Shown piece after piece: positions 9,537 to 17,409 of a stretch of 32,000 nucleotides of DNA. The notes below the pieces were generated by a model. That model ran no database searches. It saw nothing but the letters and a program-made list of their open reading frames with translations, and was not told where the DNA came from. Positions within the stretch are counted from its first letter, which is position 1. Each line of letters begins with the position of its first letter. The DNA lies in assembly GCF_000020025.1 (NCBI RefSeq), contig NC_010628.1:870001-902000 (forward strand), given 5' to 3'. Made by a program: the position numbers and the translations under genes. The stretch comes from Nostoc punctiforme PCC 73102 (lineage in GTDB: Bacteria; Cyanobacteriota; Cyanobacteriia; Cyanobacteriales; Nostocaceae).

Positions 9537-10211
9537 ATGGAAAATCAAAATGAGAAACTACTTGCCCAACTGCGGGATGATTTAGCTACTGAACAGGAAA
9601 AATATAATGCTAGGTTAGCTGAAATAAAGGTTAAAGAACAGGCGGCTATGGCGGAAAAGGTCAAGCGCCAACAGAGCCAACAAAGAGTTACTGAAACCTC
9701 CAACTTGTTAATCCAGAAGACCATTGAAAATGCTAACTTAGACCCCAGGCAATACCGCTCGGTCTATGAGAGGACTTTTAACCTTTATGGGCAACAAAAA
9801 GCCCAAGAGTTATTTGTTTCCTCTGTTATCGGTCTGTTGACCCATAAGCATACCGGGGTAGAATCAGCTACCGCTAGATTTGGTAATGGGGGTCTGACAT
9901 GGCAGGCTAAGAGTTTCAATAGTCCCCAAGAGTTGTACAAGGCAGTTCTTAGTAGCCTACATGGGGAAGACGGGGGCGACTTCGACCCATTGGGCGGTCA
10001 TGAATGGTTCGATGTAATCCTTGATAGTCTTTTTGAAGACCCAACCTTTTTACCTGCTGAGTCTGTAATGCCTGAGAGATTTACCAAATATGTTCAAGGG
10101 CTGGTAGCGGTCAATCAGATGTCCAGGACTAACCCTATCGGTCTGCCAGATGCCGATGATTTGACTGTAGATGACATGATTTACCTTCAGAGTTTACTAG
10201 GCGATTACTAA
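9537..10211 (+). CDS. Hypothetical protein with an N-terminal coiled coil (224 aa)
   Basis: ATG is preceded by GGAGG (9528-9532). A terminator-like hairpin follows (AACCCCGGTA..TACTGGGGTT, about 10232-10258). No motif recognised. Confidence 0.6.
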   Translation: MENQNEKLLAQLRDDLATEQEKYNARLAEIKVKEQAAMAEKVKRQQSQQRVTETSNLLIQKTIENANLDPRQYRSVYERTFNLYGQQKAQELFVSSVIGLLTHKHTGVESATARFGNGGLTWQAKSFNSPQELYKAVLSSLHGEDGGDFDPLGGHEWFDVILDSLFEDPTFLPAESVMPERFTKYVQGLVAVNQMSRTNPIGLPDADDLTVDDMIYLQSLLGDY

Positions 10212-10407
10212 GACCTACAGAAGCACTTAAGAACCCCGGTAGTTTTACTGGGGTTTTCATTAGGTGGCTTAGGTTGGCATAAGATACCAGAATGACTGTA
10301 CAAGGGTTAACCCTGTGTGCCAGTTTATGCTGTAATGTGCCAGTTATGGGTAGCCATTGTAACTTACTGAGGTTATAATGGGAGTATACTAAGAAATAAA
10401 AGAAACA

Positions 10408-10635
10408 ATGGAACTCCCAGATTTTACCAGAGTGGTTTTAGGTTTAGATGAATACCTCATCGGGCTAGACAAGGCGGATTTAGAGAAGCTATCAGTCATC
10501 CCATCGGTTAAGTCAGCAGTTAAGACCTTATACACTTGCCAAGGGTCTAAGTTTATTGATTTATGGGATCTCTATGTTGATAGCCTACCTTGGGCCGAAG
10601 GTGAAGAGGTCTTCTTGGATGAGGAGTGTGAATAA
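10408..10635 (+). CDS. Small acidic hypothetical protein (75 aa)
   Basis: Its stop overlaps the next start (TAATG), suggesting translational coupling with the RHH gene. Confidence 0.5.
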   Translation: MELPDFTRVVLGLDEYLIGLDKADLEKLSVIPSVKSAVKTLYTCQGSKFIDLWDLYVDSLPWAEGEEVFLDEECE

Positions 10636-10820
10636 TGACTAACCAAAGGACTAACCGCAAGGTTAAGTTGCAGGTCTGGCTGACTGAGGAAGAACATGAG
10701 CTACTAGCCCAAGCTGCCACTGAAACAGGTCAAGGGATGTCTAGTTATGTCCGGTCTACTGTACTGAAGGCGATCAAGGCAGACTTAGGGGTATCAGTAG
10801 ACAACCGGAGTAACCAATAA
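10635..10820 (+). CDS. Ribbon-helix-helix protein (61 aa)
   Basis: KVKLQVWLTEEEHELLAQAATETGQGMSSYVRSTVLKAI is a typical RHH strand plus two helices. Confidence 0.6.
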   Translation: MTNQRTNRKVKLQVWLTEEEHELLAQAATETGQGMSSYVRSTVLKAIKADLGVSVDNRSNQ

Positions 10821-10825
10821 CAACC

Positions 10826-11095
10826 ATGAAACCGAACCGCATGATCTATGACCCTACTTATTGGTCTTACTATGTCCTCAATGGTCGAGTATACCGAAAC
10901 TGCCAGATCCACTCTGTAACCTTTCATGGCACTCAGACATTAACCCAGTTCTTTAAAGCTAATCAGTACCTAATAGAGTTAGCCGATGAGGATGATAATG
11001 AATATCAAGAGATTATCAGTAGAGTTGTTACTGAATGGGGGTTGGTCGAGTACCTATCAGATATTTGGGATGAAGTGAACTTCGCTAATAGATAG
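10826..11095 (+). CDS. Hypothetical protein (89 aa)
   Basis: It starts 5 nt after the RHH gene stop, has an acidic C-terminal half, and has no recognised motif. Confidence 0.45.
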   Translation: MKPNRMIYDPTYWSYYVLNGRVYRNCQIHSVTFHGTQTLTQFFKANQYLIELADEDDNEYQEIISRVVTEWGLVEYLSDIWDEVNFANR

Positions 11096-11241
11096 AGTAT
11101 TTTCTATGATAATCATAAGATAATCCAATGGTTATTTTAAGCCTCCTAAGCCACATCAGTCCACATCGGAGGCTAGAACCCTGATTCTACTGTTGAATAT
11201 TGGATCTGACAAAGTATTAGTAAGACATGAGGCATACAGCA

Positions 11242-11391
11242 ATGAAAGTAAAAAGACAAGACGCACAACAAACACTTAGATTATCCACTGACACACAGAT
11301 GAAGCTAATAGCTCTAGGGGATAAAAGACAGCAACCCATCTCTGAGATTATTAGGGATGCGATCGCTCAATACCTTGAGAATAATAACTAG
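11242..11391 (+). CDS. Ribbon-helix-helix protein (49 aa, or 54 aa from ATG 11227)
   Basis: MKVKRQDAQQTLRLSTDTQMKLIALGDKRQQPISEIIRDAIAQYLENNN shows the RHH pattern. It lies directly upstream of the helicase gene and is below the ORF-track cutoff. Confidence 0.5.
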   Translation: MKVKRQDAQQTLRLSTDTQMKLIALGDKRQQPISEIIRDAIAQYLENNN

Positions 11392-11475
11392 ACATCAAAT
11401 AGGGCAACCAGTAACCAGCTAGTTGCCCCAAAGACCAAATATTCAAAGTACAAACAACAGGGCTAAGTGCCCAAA

Positions 11476-11501
11476 GATTCAAATAACCGATTCAAATAAC
11501 C
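11476..11501 (+). promoter_or_regulatory. Tandem 13-bp direct repeat GATTCAAATAACC x2 upstream of the helicase gene
   Basis: Two exact adjacent copies end 16 nt before ATG 11517, making this a candidate operator. Confidence 0.4.
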
Positions 11502-11516
11502 CAAGGAACCAGAAAC

Positions 11517-13097
11517 ATGAACTATTCTAATGATAACTCACTCAACCCTATTCAGTCAAGCTTTGATGTAAATATCAATGACCACTATGGGGTAAATATT
11601 GACTCAGATGGAACTACAGAGTTCAAGTTAAATGTAGTAAAAAATGCTGGGGTTTTAAGGACAGTTACCCCCCTCGGTGGTGATAAGTCTAGAGGCGCTG
11701 ATCCTAAAGCCAAAAATGAGATTAATGGTGGTAGGCAAATGGCCAAACAAATGATTAAAGGTGCTGAGGATAAGCCCCAGATGTTCTGGAAACTATTCGA
11801 GGCAGTCTATTCAGATGTTAGGTTTAATAGCTGGAAACAAGAGTATGAGGTTGGGGGGGAGAGAGTTGAGTGGGACTCCCTAATGTGTAGATTTGAAGAT
11901 GTGGTGTGTAGCCGTAAGGGGTCTGAGGCTTTTCTAAAGTCTAGAAGAAGAGACTTTGAGTCTAGAAAAGGATTTAACCCCATGAAGGAAATATTAGAAG
12001 AATATCATAAGGATTTTGTTAAGCCTGTGGCTATGGAAGAGGTGGCGACAGAAGATGAAGAGATTGGTTTTATTGAGGTTAAAAAGGGAGATATCAGAAG
12101 ATGGGATGAGCAAGTATTTACTCCTTTCCCCCAATGGGATGAGTTATCATCATTACTATTTGGCACTAGTGACCCATTACATCAAAAGATGCTTGAAGTG
12201 TTCCTAATAGGGGCTGCGAGTAGGGCTGTTAACCCTGGTAAAAAACTGGATACTATACTAGTTCTGAAGTCTGATCAGGGATTAGCCAAGACTAGTTTCT
12301 TTAGAGCTTTAGGTGGGGAATATTTTGTATCTATTGATGAGATCGAATCTGTAGAGACTACAAGACTTCTACAGAAGGGCTGGATAGGGGAGCTAGGGGA
12401 GCTAGAGGGGATTACCAGTAAGGCAGATGTAAATGCCTTAAAGAACTGGGCGACTAAAGAGGAAGACCCACTGAGAAGAATGAACACAGAGGATATCCCA
12501 TTTAGACCTAGACACATCGCCTTTGGTGGGACTTGTAACTCTGAAGAGATTCTAAAGGACACCACAGGTAATAGAAGGTTTAATATTATCCCTGTTACTA
12601 AGGAGATACCCTTAGACTGGTTTAGACAGCACAGAGCGCATATTCTAGCCGCTGCATACCATAAGTACAATGAGTATATTAAGGCTGGTATCCCTTGGTG
12701 GTTTACAAAGGAATGGGAGGCTAAATCAGAGGCTCAAAATACTAACTTCATGGAGAAATCCCAGTATGAGGACAGCTTAACCATCCTGGTAGCCTCACTT
12801 GAAGGTAAGTATTCCAGAAGGGATGCAGAGGGACAGCCTATTAAGGAAGTAGAGGGTATTGGGTTCACCTTACCGGACATCATGGAAGGCTTAGGCATTC
12901 ATCTAGGCGCACAGAAGCAAGGTAGATTAGATACTAAGATTGGTAAGTTGCTTGAGAGTTTAGGTTATCAGAAGAAGAAAACCAGAGTATTAGGCTTGAG
13001 TACTCCTATTACTCAATGGGCTAAAGCGGATGTACCCAGAGATAAGGTTAATCACTTAACCAAGTCCCAAATAATAGAGATTAGCCGCACACTGTAA
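11517..13097 (+). CDS. VirE / D5-like (SF3-type) replicative helicase, putative element replication initiator
   Basis: 526 aa. It has a Walker A-like LVLKSDQGLAKTSFFRALGG, a Walker B-like WIGELGELEG, and FGGTCNSEEILKDTTGNRRFNIIPV, which matches the conserved VirE-domain core. I recognise no primase domain in the N-terminal 200 aa. Confidence 0.8.
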   Translation: MNYSNDNSLNPIQSSFDVNINDHYGVNIDSDGTTEFKLNVVKNAGVLRTVTPLGGDKSRGADPKAKNEINGGRQMAKQMIKGAEDKPQMFWKLFEAVYSDVRFNSWKQEYEVGGERVEWDSLMCRFEDVVCSRKGSEAFLKSRRRDFESRKGFNPMKEILEEYHKDFVKPVAMEEVATEDEEIGFIEVKKGDIRRWDEQVFTPFPQWDELSSLLFGTSDPLHQKMLEVFLIGAASRAVNPGKKLDTILVLKSDQGLAKTSFFRALGGEYFVSIDEIESVETTRLLQKGWIGELGELEGITSKADVNALKNWATKEEDPLRRMNTEDIPFRPRHIAFGGTCNSEEILKDTTGNRRFNIIPVTKEIPLDWFRQHRAHILAAAYHKYNEYIKAGIPWWFTKEWEAKSEAQNTNFMEKSQYEDSLTILVASLEGKYSRRDAEGQPIKEVEGIGFTLPDIMEGLGIHLGAQKQGRLDTKIGKLLESLGYQKKKTRVLGLSTPITQWAKADVPRDKVNHLTKSQIIEISRTL

Positions 13098-13148
13098 TCT
13101 ACCTAGATAACCCGATAGGCTCTCAACGGATTCCGTTGAGGGTTTATT

Positions 13149-13510
13149 TGTTCTCTATATTTTGGACTGGGGAAAGATAGGGAACAAAGATAGGGAACAG
13201 CCTCAAATGCTTACTAAGTAACAGTTATAGGGTTTCTTTTACCCTTCTTGTTCCCAACCCCCTAAAAAGATAGGGAACAGCCAAAAGCCTTGTATCATAA
13301 GGTTTACAGGGTTTTTGTTCTCTATCTTTTATATATTTAGTATATTTAATATAAAAAACACCTATTTTATACAAGACTTCAGAATCTCAAAAGATAGAGA
13401 ACATAGGGAACAGAAGGGTAAAACCTAAGCTAATTAAGGGTTATAGCTGTTCTCAACCTTGTTCTCAACCTAAAAGATAGAGAACAAGGTTGAGAACATC
13501 GGGAACAACC
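13149..13510. promoter_or_regulatory. Iteron array flanking an AT-rich segment, putative origin of replication
   Basis: AAGATAGGGAACA occurs at 13174, 13187 (tandem) and 13267. AAGATAGAGAACA occurs at 13391 and 13474. Inverted copies TGTTCTCTAT are at 13149 and 13317. GTTCTCAACC x2 (13449-13470) is paired with the inverted GGTTGAGAAC (13488). An AT-rich core lies around 13321-13375. Confidence 0.65.
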
Positions 13511-13576
13511 AACGGGCGATAGGGGGACTAATAAACTGCCTAAATAATCCCAACAAATGCCCACAGTCCCTTGATG

Positions 13577-14098
13577 TTATCTCACACAATCCTTAGCAGC
13601 CCCCATCGCTCTGCTAGTCAGGCTATCATCCACTACAGCCACATAACTAGCGCCATCTAACCGCCTAGCAAATACTTCCTTCACTTCTGGCTCCATCTGC
13701 TGCATTAGGTCATTGCCTAGTAGATTTAGGAAATCCGATTTAGCCAGCCAAATATCTGTACCTCTGTTTTTAGCCTTATCCACCAACTCATCACTGTCAG
13801 TAAACATAATGTATGTCCCACTGGTTCCATTCTTGAACCAGAACACATTAGCGCCCAATAACACCCCAGCATAATAAACCTTACACTGGGTTCTGTCAAA
13901 GGGTTCATCATCCTCATAATCGGTTGGATCATTGACCTGGGCTTGTTCCTGTATCCTGGGTTGATCTGTTCTCGGTGCGCTCATTTGAAACACCATAGAT
14001 GGTAAAGACCCTAACCCACAGATGACAGCTATTATGGCAGCTAATCTAATAGGGTGCTTTTCAATAAGGTCTAGATATTTATTTAACATTAAAATCAC
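13577..14098 (-). CDS. Membrane-anchored hypothetical protein (173 aa)
   Basis: It has one N-terminal TM helix (IRLAAIIAVICGLGSLPSMVF) and an acidic linker. The C-terminal domain has two Cys. Start is GTG 14098 or ATG 14089. It is the only cargo gene on the minus strand. Confidence 0.55.
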   Translation of the reverse strand: MILMLNKYLDLIEKHPIRLAAIIAVICGLGSLPSMVFQMSAPRTDQPRIQEQAQVNDPTDYEDDEPFDRTQCKVYYAGVLLGANVFWFKNGTSGTYIMFTDSDELVDKAKNRGTDIWLAKSDFLNLLGNDLMQQMEPEVKEVFARRLDGASYVAVVDDSLTSRAMGAAKDCVR

Positions 14099-14205
14099 TA
14101 GTATCTAATATTACTTCCCTCAGTCTATTCTGGTAAATAAATGAGGTCAAGTATACCAATCAGACAGGACTAAATACAGATATAACCAAGACCCAAGGAT
14201 ACCCG

Positions 14206-14436
14206 ATGACCCCTAAGCAACTAGCTATTTTAAAAGCAGCTACACCTAAACAAAAATCCCTATACCGCCAACTGACCCCTGAGCAAAGACAAAGGCTCTT
14301 AGAGGTCTTAGAGCGCAAGCAGCCAGTATCTGAGGCTTCTGAGGATTCTAAGGAAAGCCAAGCTGCATCTAGGGTTAAAGCTTGCGATAAGCGCAGTATG
14401 GAATGGGCCAAGATTAGAAGTCTGAGGGGTAAATAA
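14206..14436 (+). CDS. Small basic hypothetical protein (76 aa)
   Basis: AAGGA lies 7 nt upstream of the ATG. The stop overlaps the next start (TAATG). Confidence 0.5.
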   Translation: MTPKQLAILKAATPKQKSLYRQLTPEQRQRLLEVLERKQPVSEASEDSKESQAASRVKACDKRSMEWAKIRSLRGK

Positions 14437-14948
14437 TGGCTAACAAGAAATCCTGTGTAGTCGATCTGCTACCAGATGACATTAAGGAAGCTGTAGACAC
14501 CCAGTTAGCTAAAGGTATCCCAGCACCCGCGATCGCCAAATGGCTAGTAGCCAGAGGTCATAAGGTAACAGCTAGGCAGATTTATGGCTACAAGGCTAAC
14601 ACAGTACCCAAGGCTACCCTAACTACTCCTGTAGACCCCGATAGTTATGATGACTACTCAGACTCCGATAAACTCAAGAGGCTAACAAAGATATCCTTGA
14701 GTGTTGTGGATAACCTGAATGATTCCTTTAATGCTACTGGCGACTTAAGCACTGCTAGGGTACTTAGAGAGATGGTAGAGACAGCTTCAGGGCTTCTGAA
14801 GTACCAGCTACAGTACAACCAGCCTGACCCAGTGACCCATGTAACCTTTCAGATTGGGAGCCTAGAGGAATCATTAGGTATTCCTGAAGCTACTGAGGAC
14901 AACTGGGCGCACTATGGGAACAATGGGGGAAATCTACCCCATGATTAG
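14436..14948 (+). CDS. HTH protein resembling the Mu gp27 / DUF3486-type small terminase subunit
   Basis: The N-terminus KKSCVVDLLPDDIKEAVDTQLAKGIPAPAIAKWLVARGHKVTARQIYGY follows the pattern I associate with DUF3486 proteins (S.IDLLP..hr..hd..L..G....I..WL...G..hs...h..Y). The match was made by eye only. Confidence 0.4.
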   Translation: MANKKSCVVDLLPDDIKEAVDTQLAKGIPAPAIAKWLVARGHKVTARQIYGYKANTVPKATLTTPVDPDSYDDYSDSDKLKRLTKISLSVVDNLNDSFNATGDLSTARVLREMVETASGLLKYQLQYNQPDPVTHVTFQIGSLEESLGIPEATEDNWAHYGNNGGNLPHD

Positions 14949-14959
14949 GTAAACTCCTC

Positions 14960-15000
14960 AGAATCCCCCAGAATCCCCCAGATTACCCCTAGAATCCCTT
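14960..15000 (+). repeat. Four phased 10-bp repeats (AGAATCCCCC, AGAATCCCCC, AGATTACCCC, [T]AGAATCCCTT)
   Basis: The tandem units have roughly one helical turn periodicity and begin 12 nt after the stop of the DUF3486-like gene. Confidence 0.7.
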
Positions 15001-15217
15001 AGAGATACAAATGCCTCTATGGGATTTTTAATGTTCCTGTAGCCCCTTGTAGCCCTGCGATCGCTATTAGTGATGTTTTATCACTAACCTATACTACTTG
15101 ACTAAATGAATACAAGCATTACTTTTGCATAACACCAAAGACCAATGCAAAACCCTATGAGTAGTTACCAGCTACACATAGGGCGATTAATAAATACTTA
15201 TTTTTTAAATAACTTGT

Positions 15218-15790
15218 ATGTGCATTATAACACATCTAGCGCTCAATGGTGCTAGTAGAAACTCTGATTATTTCCAAGACTCTTGGGAATCCCGGCTAGC
15301 CTGCGGTAACTCATGGGAATATAGCCTAACTGAGTGTCTGAAAACTCAAGGGTTAGACAAGGCTTACCAAGTAGACCATTATATGACCCACAGGGCGGTT
15401 TATGGGAGTTACAAGGCTGACCCGGATAACTGGCGATCGCGGAATCAGTCTAAGCTAGCCCAAGACTTGTACTCAAAGTATCAAAGGGACATCCGAGTTA
15501 TCCACAATGGCAAAGGGTACAACTTAGAGGTCAAGTCCAAATCGGGTATCTTTGAAAACCATAACATACTAGTTGGCGGTATTACAACCAGATGGGCCAG
15601 ATATAGGTTCCCTGTTCACTTCATAGTTGCCATCGATCGCACCACAGGGGAAGCCAGGGTAACTGAGGCGGATAAGCTAACCAGAGAAACCAGTTGGTTA
15701 AGGGTCAAGTCTCAGGAGTTATCCTATGCAGTCCCCAGGCATTTATTCAAACCTCTGGATAGCTGGCTAGATTTTATCAAAGATAGCTAG
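15218..15790 (+). CDS. Hypothetical protein with a PD-(D/E)xK nuclease-like motif
   Basis: QRDIRVIHNGKGYNLEVKSKSG gives D..(13 aa)..E-V-K, preceded by an acidic helix (DSWESRLA). This resembles the Hjc/restriction-endonuclease-fold core. No SD is present, so the start is uncertain. Its stop overlaps the int stop convergently. Confidence 0.45.
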   Translation: MCIITHLALNGASRNSDYFQDSWESRLACGNSWEYSLTECLKTQGLDKAYQVDHYMTHRAVYGSYKADPDNWRSRNQSKLAQDLYSKYQRDIRVIHNGKGYNLEVKSKSGIFENHNILVGGITTRWARYRFPVHFIVAIDRTTGEARVTEADKLTRETSWLRVKSQELSYAVPRHLFKPLDSWLDFIKDS

Positions 15791-16989
15791 AGTTCTGGTA
15801 GATTTAGGGGCACTGTGTTACCTGCATAGTGCTTCAGGATTATCTCAGGGCTGTTACCAACTAACTTGGCTACTGTGGAGACTGTTAACCCTTGTTCTAG
15901 CATCAGGGTAATAAAAGTATGTCGGGTGTTATATGGGCATCGATAGCGCTCGATTTCACCAGCATCTAATAACCCTTGCATAACCCCATTGTAGTTTTTA
16001 TTACTTGTCCTGCCCCCTTTCCAGACCTGTGTAGAGAATCGGGTATTACTGATTATCCCCCCAGTGGGACTAGTGAACACCTGGGATTCTAGATTAATAT
16101 CCTGGGGTCTAATGGATAACAACAGTTCCCTAACTTGGGTATTACAGGGGAACTTCCTAGCCTTACCAGTCTTAGTCCCCTTCCTAATATTTAACTGACT
16201 ATCATAGGACTCACAGAAGTTAATCTGGGTGCATTCAGGGTTGATGTGTTTCCACTGTAGGGCGATCGCTTCACCTGTCCTACAGCCAGTCCAGAATAGG
16301 AACTTTACAAATGGTGCATAGTGCGCTCTAGTAGTCTCAAATGCCTGGATGATGTTATTCATCTCCTGTTTACTAAATGGGTCAATGGCATCTGAGTCAT
16401 GCTTGGGTAGCTTGATATCCTCTGACATCCCAGCAAAAGGATTATCCTTAGCCAGCCCTGACCCCATAGCCCATTTACAACAGGCAGCTAGGTAGGTTAG
16501 TACTCTTTTGGCAGCATTAGGGGACAGTTGGGTTAACAGGTGATCTCTGATTGCGATCGCCTGGGTTAAGTCCTTTGTAGGTAGCCCCTTAATGTGATTA
16601 GTGTACTTTCTGGCATAATCGCGCCGATATGTGGTAGCCGCTAGCTGGGGTTTCATATATGCACAGTATTGCTCCCATAGCTCCATTAGGTCAGTCTGAG
16701 GTGTCCTGGGGCTAACCAGGGTTAACAGAGGTTTCTTGTAGCTCTCTAGTTTTTCTTTGTAGCGCTCTAGTGTCGGGTCTAGTTGCCCTGTGATTATCTC
16801 TTCTTCTATCCAGTTGGCGACTGAATCAACTCGCCGCCGATTAATCTCATTAGCATCTAACCCAGTACTAATGAAGGTTTGTTTACCACCTGGGGTTACT
16901 GACCGAGGTAGCCGGAGCCTTAGCTTACCTCTGAACTCCTCAACCCCAACATTACCCCTGGCTGTCCTAGCTGTCTTGGCTGTACCCAT
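15787..16989 (-). CDS. int: Tyrosine site-specific integrase
   Basis: 400 aa. It has catalytic Arg I in FWTGCRTGEAIALQWKHI, the H-x-x-R box in YNTRHTFITLM, and the catalytic Tyr in ILKHYAG. The N-terminal GKLRLRLP arm-binding-type domain resembles DUF3596-type integrases. Confidence 0.92.
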   Translation of the reverse strand: MGTAKTARTARGNVGVEEFRGKLRLRLPRSVTPGGKQTFISTGLDANEINRRRVDSVANWIEEEIITGQLDPTLERYKEKLESYKKPLLTLVSPRTPQTDLMELWEQYCAYMKPQLAATTYRRDYARKYTNHIKGLPTKDLTQAIAIRDHLLTQLSPNAAKRVLTYLAACCKWAMGSGLAKDNPFAGMSEDIKLPKHDSDAIDPFSKQEMNNIIQAFETTRAHYAPFVKFLFWTGCRTGEAIALQWKHINPECTQINFCESYDSQLNIRKGTKTGKARKFPCNTQVRELLLSIRPQDINLESQVFTSPTGGIISNTRFSTQVWKGGRTSNKNYNGVMQGLLDAGEIERYRCPYNTRHTFITLMLEQGLTVSTVAKLVGNSPEIILKHYAGNTVPLNLPEL

Positions 16990-17044
16990 TGAATATCACT
17001 AACCTCTATCTCCCTATGATGATATTCATTTTGATATTCAAAGT
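16989..17044. promoter_or_regulatory. Cluster of GATATTCA motifs on the attR side, overlapping the int start region
   Basis: GATATTCATTTT (17021-17032) and GATATTCAAAGT (17033-17044) are in tandem. An inverted copy TTGAATATCAC (16989-16999) abuts the int ATG. Confidence 0.5.
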
Positions 17045-17108
17045 CAAGCGATTATTGCTAGATTGTTGACCACATAGGCACTTTTGAAGCCAAAGGGTAT
17101 GCAATACC

Positions 17109-17153
17109 GGTCTGCAAAACCTCCACCCCCGGTTCAAATCCGGGTGCCGCCTT
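17109..17153 (+). repeat. attR core (partial tRNA-Cys 3' copy)
   Basis: It is identical to 9021-9065 and lacks the 5' half of the tRNA. Confidence 0.9.
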
Positions 17154-17172
17154 TAAGAAATATAAGTATTAC

Positions 17173-17193
17173 AGGGCTTTAAAGCCCTTTTTT
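17173..17193 (+). terminator. Terminator-like hairpin, probably the native tRNA-Cys terminator displaced by the insertion
   Basis: AGGGC-TTTAAA-GCCCT is followed by T6. A look-alike hairpin AAGGCT-TTC-AGCCTT + TTT follows the intact tRNA at 9066-9083, inside the element. Confidence 0.5.
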
Positions 17194-17409
17194 AATGGTA
17201 GTTGTAGGGCTTGTTTCCAGAGCCTTCCAATATTTTTGGGGTAATTTTGGGTAGTTTGGGTAAATAACTAGGGTAAAACTGGGGTAGAAATGTAAGGTAG
17301 AGCTTTCTCTTAGACTTTGGACAAAAAAAGGTAATTGAGAATATACCGATGTATCCGTAGTCTTGCTAACTTCACTATATATCAATGATTTAGATGCGTT
17401 TACCCTGCC

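Noticed and set aside
10635-11095. RHH (61 aa) plus the downstream 89-aa ORF as a type II toxin-antitoxin pair
   Set aside because: Gene order and sizes fit, but the 89-aa protein is acidic and shows none of the RelE/ParE/MazF/PIN motifs I can recognise. The RHH gene is also translationally coupled to the upstream 75-aa ORF. The evidence is insufficient.
12275-12670. 131-aa antisense ORF inside the helicase gene, plus similar antisense or alternative-frame ORFs at 4886-5074, 6643-7007, 7165-7362, 8154-8342, 12016-12207, 13726-13932, 14160-14411, 16790-17002, 17701-17937, 19763-20005, 20818-21072, 21336-21557, 22383-22676, 25274-25529, 26371-26553, 26930-27124, 27330-27524, 28746-29006, 29139-29369, 30573-30797 and 31675-31951
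   Set aside because: Each is fully embedded in, or antisense to, a longer ORF with clear family motifs. None has independent support.
17179-17385. 68-aa minus-strand ORF between attR and hisC, plus 7617-7847, 18507-18758 and 20020-20322 in other intergenic regions
   Set aside because: These have no SD, low-complexity composition, and overlap likely terminator or promoter regions. I consider them chance ORFs.
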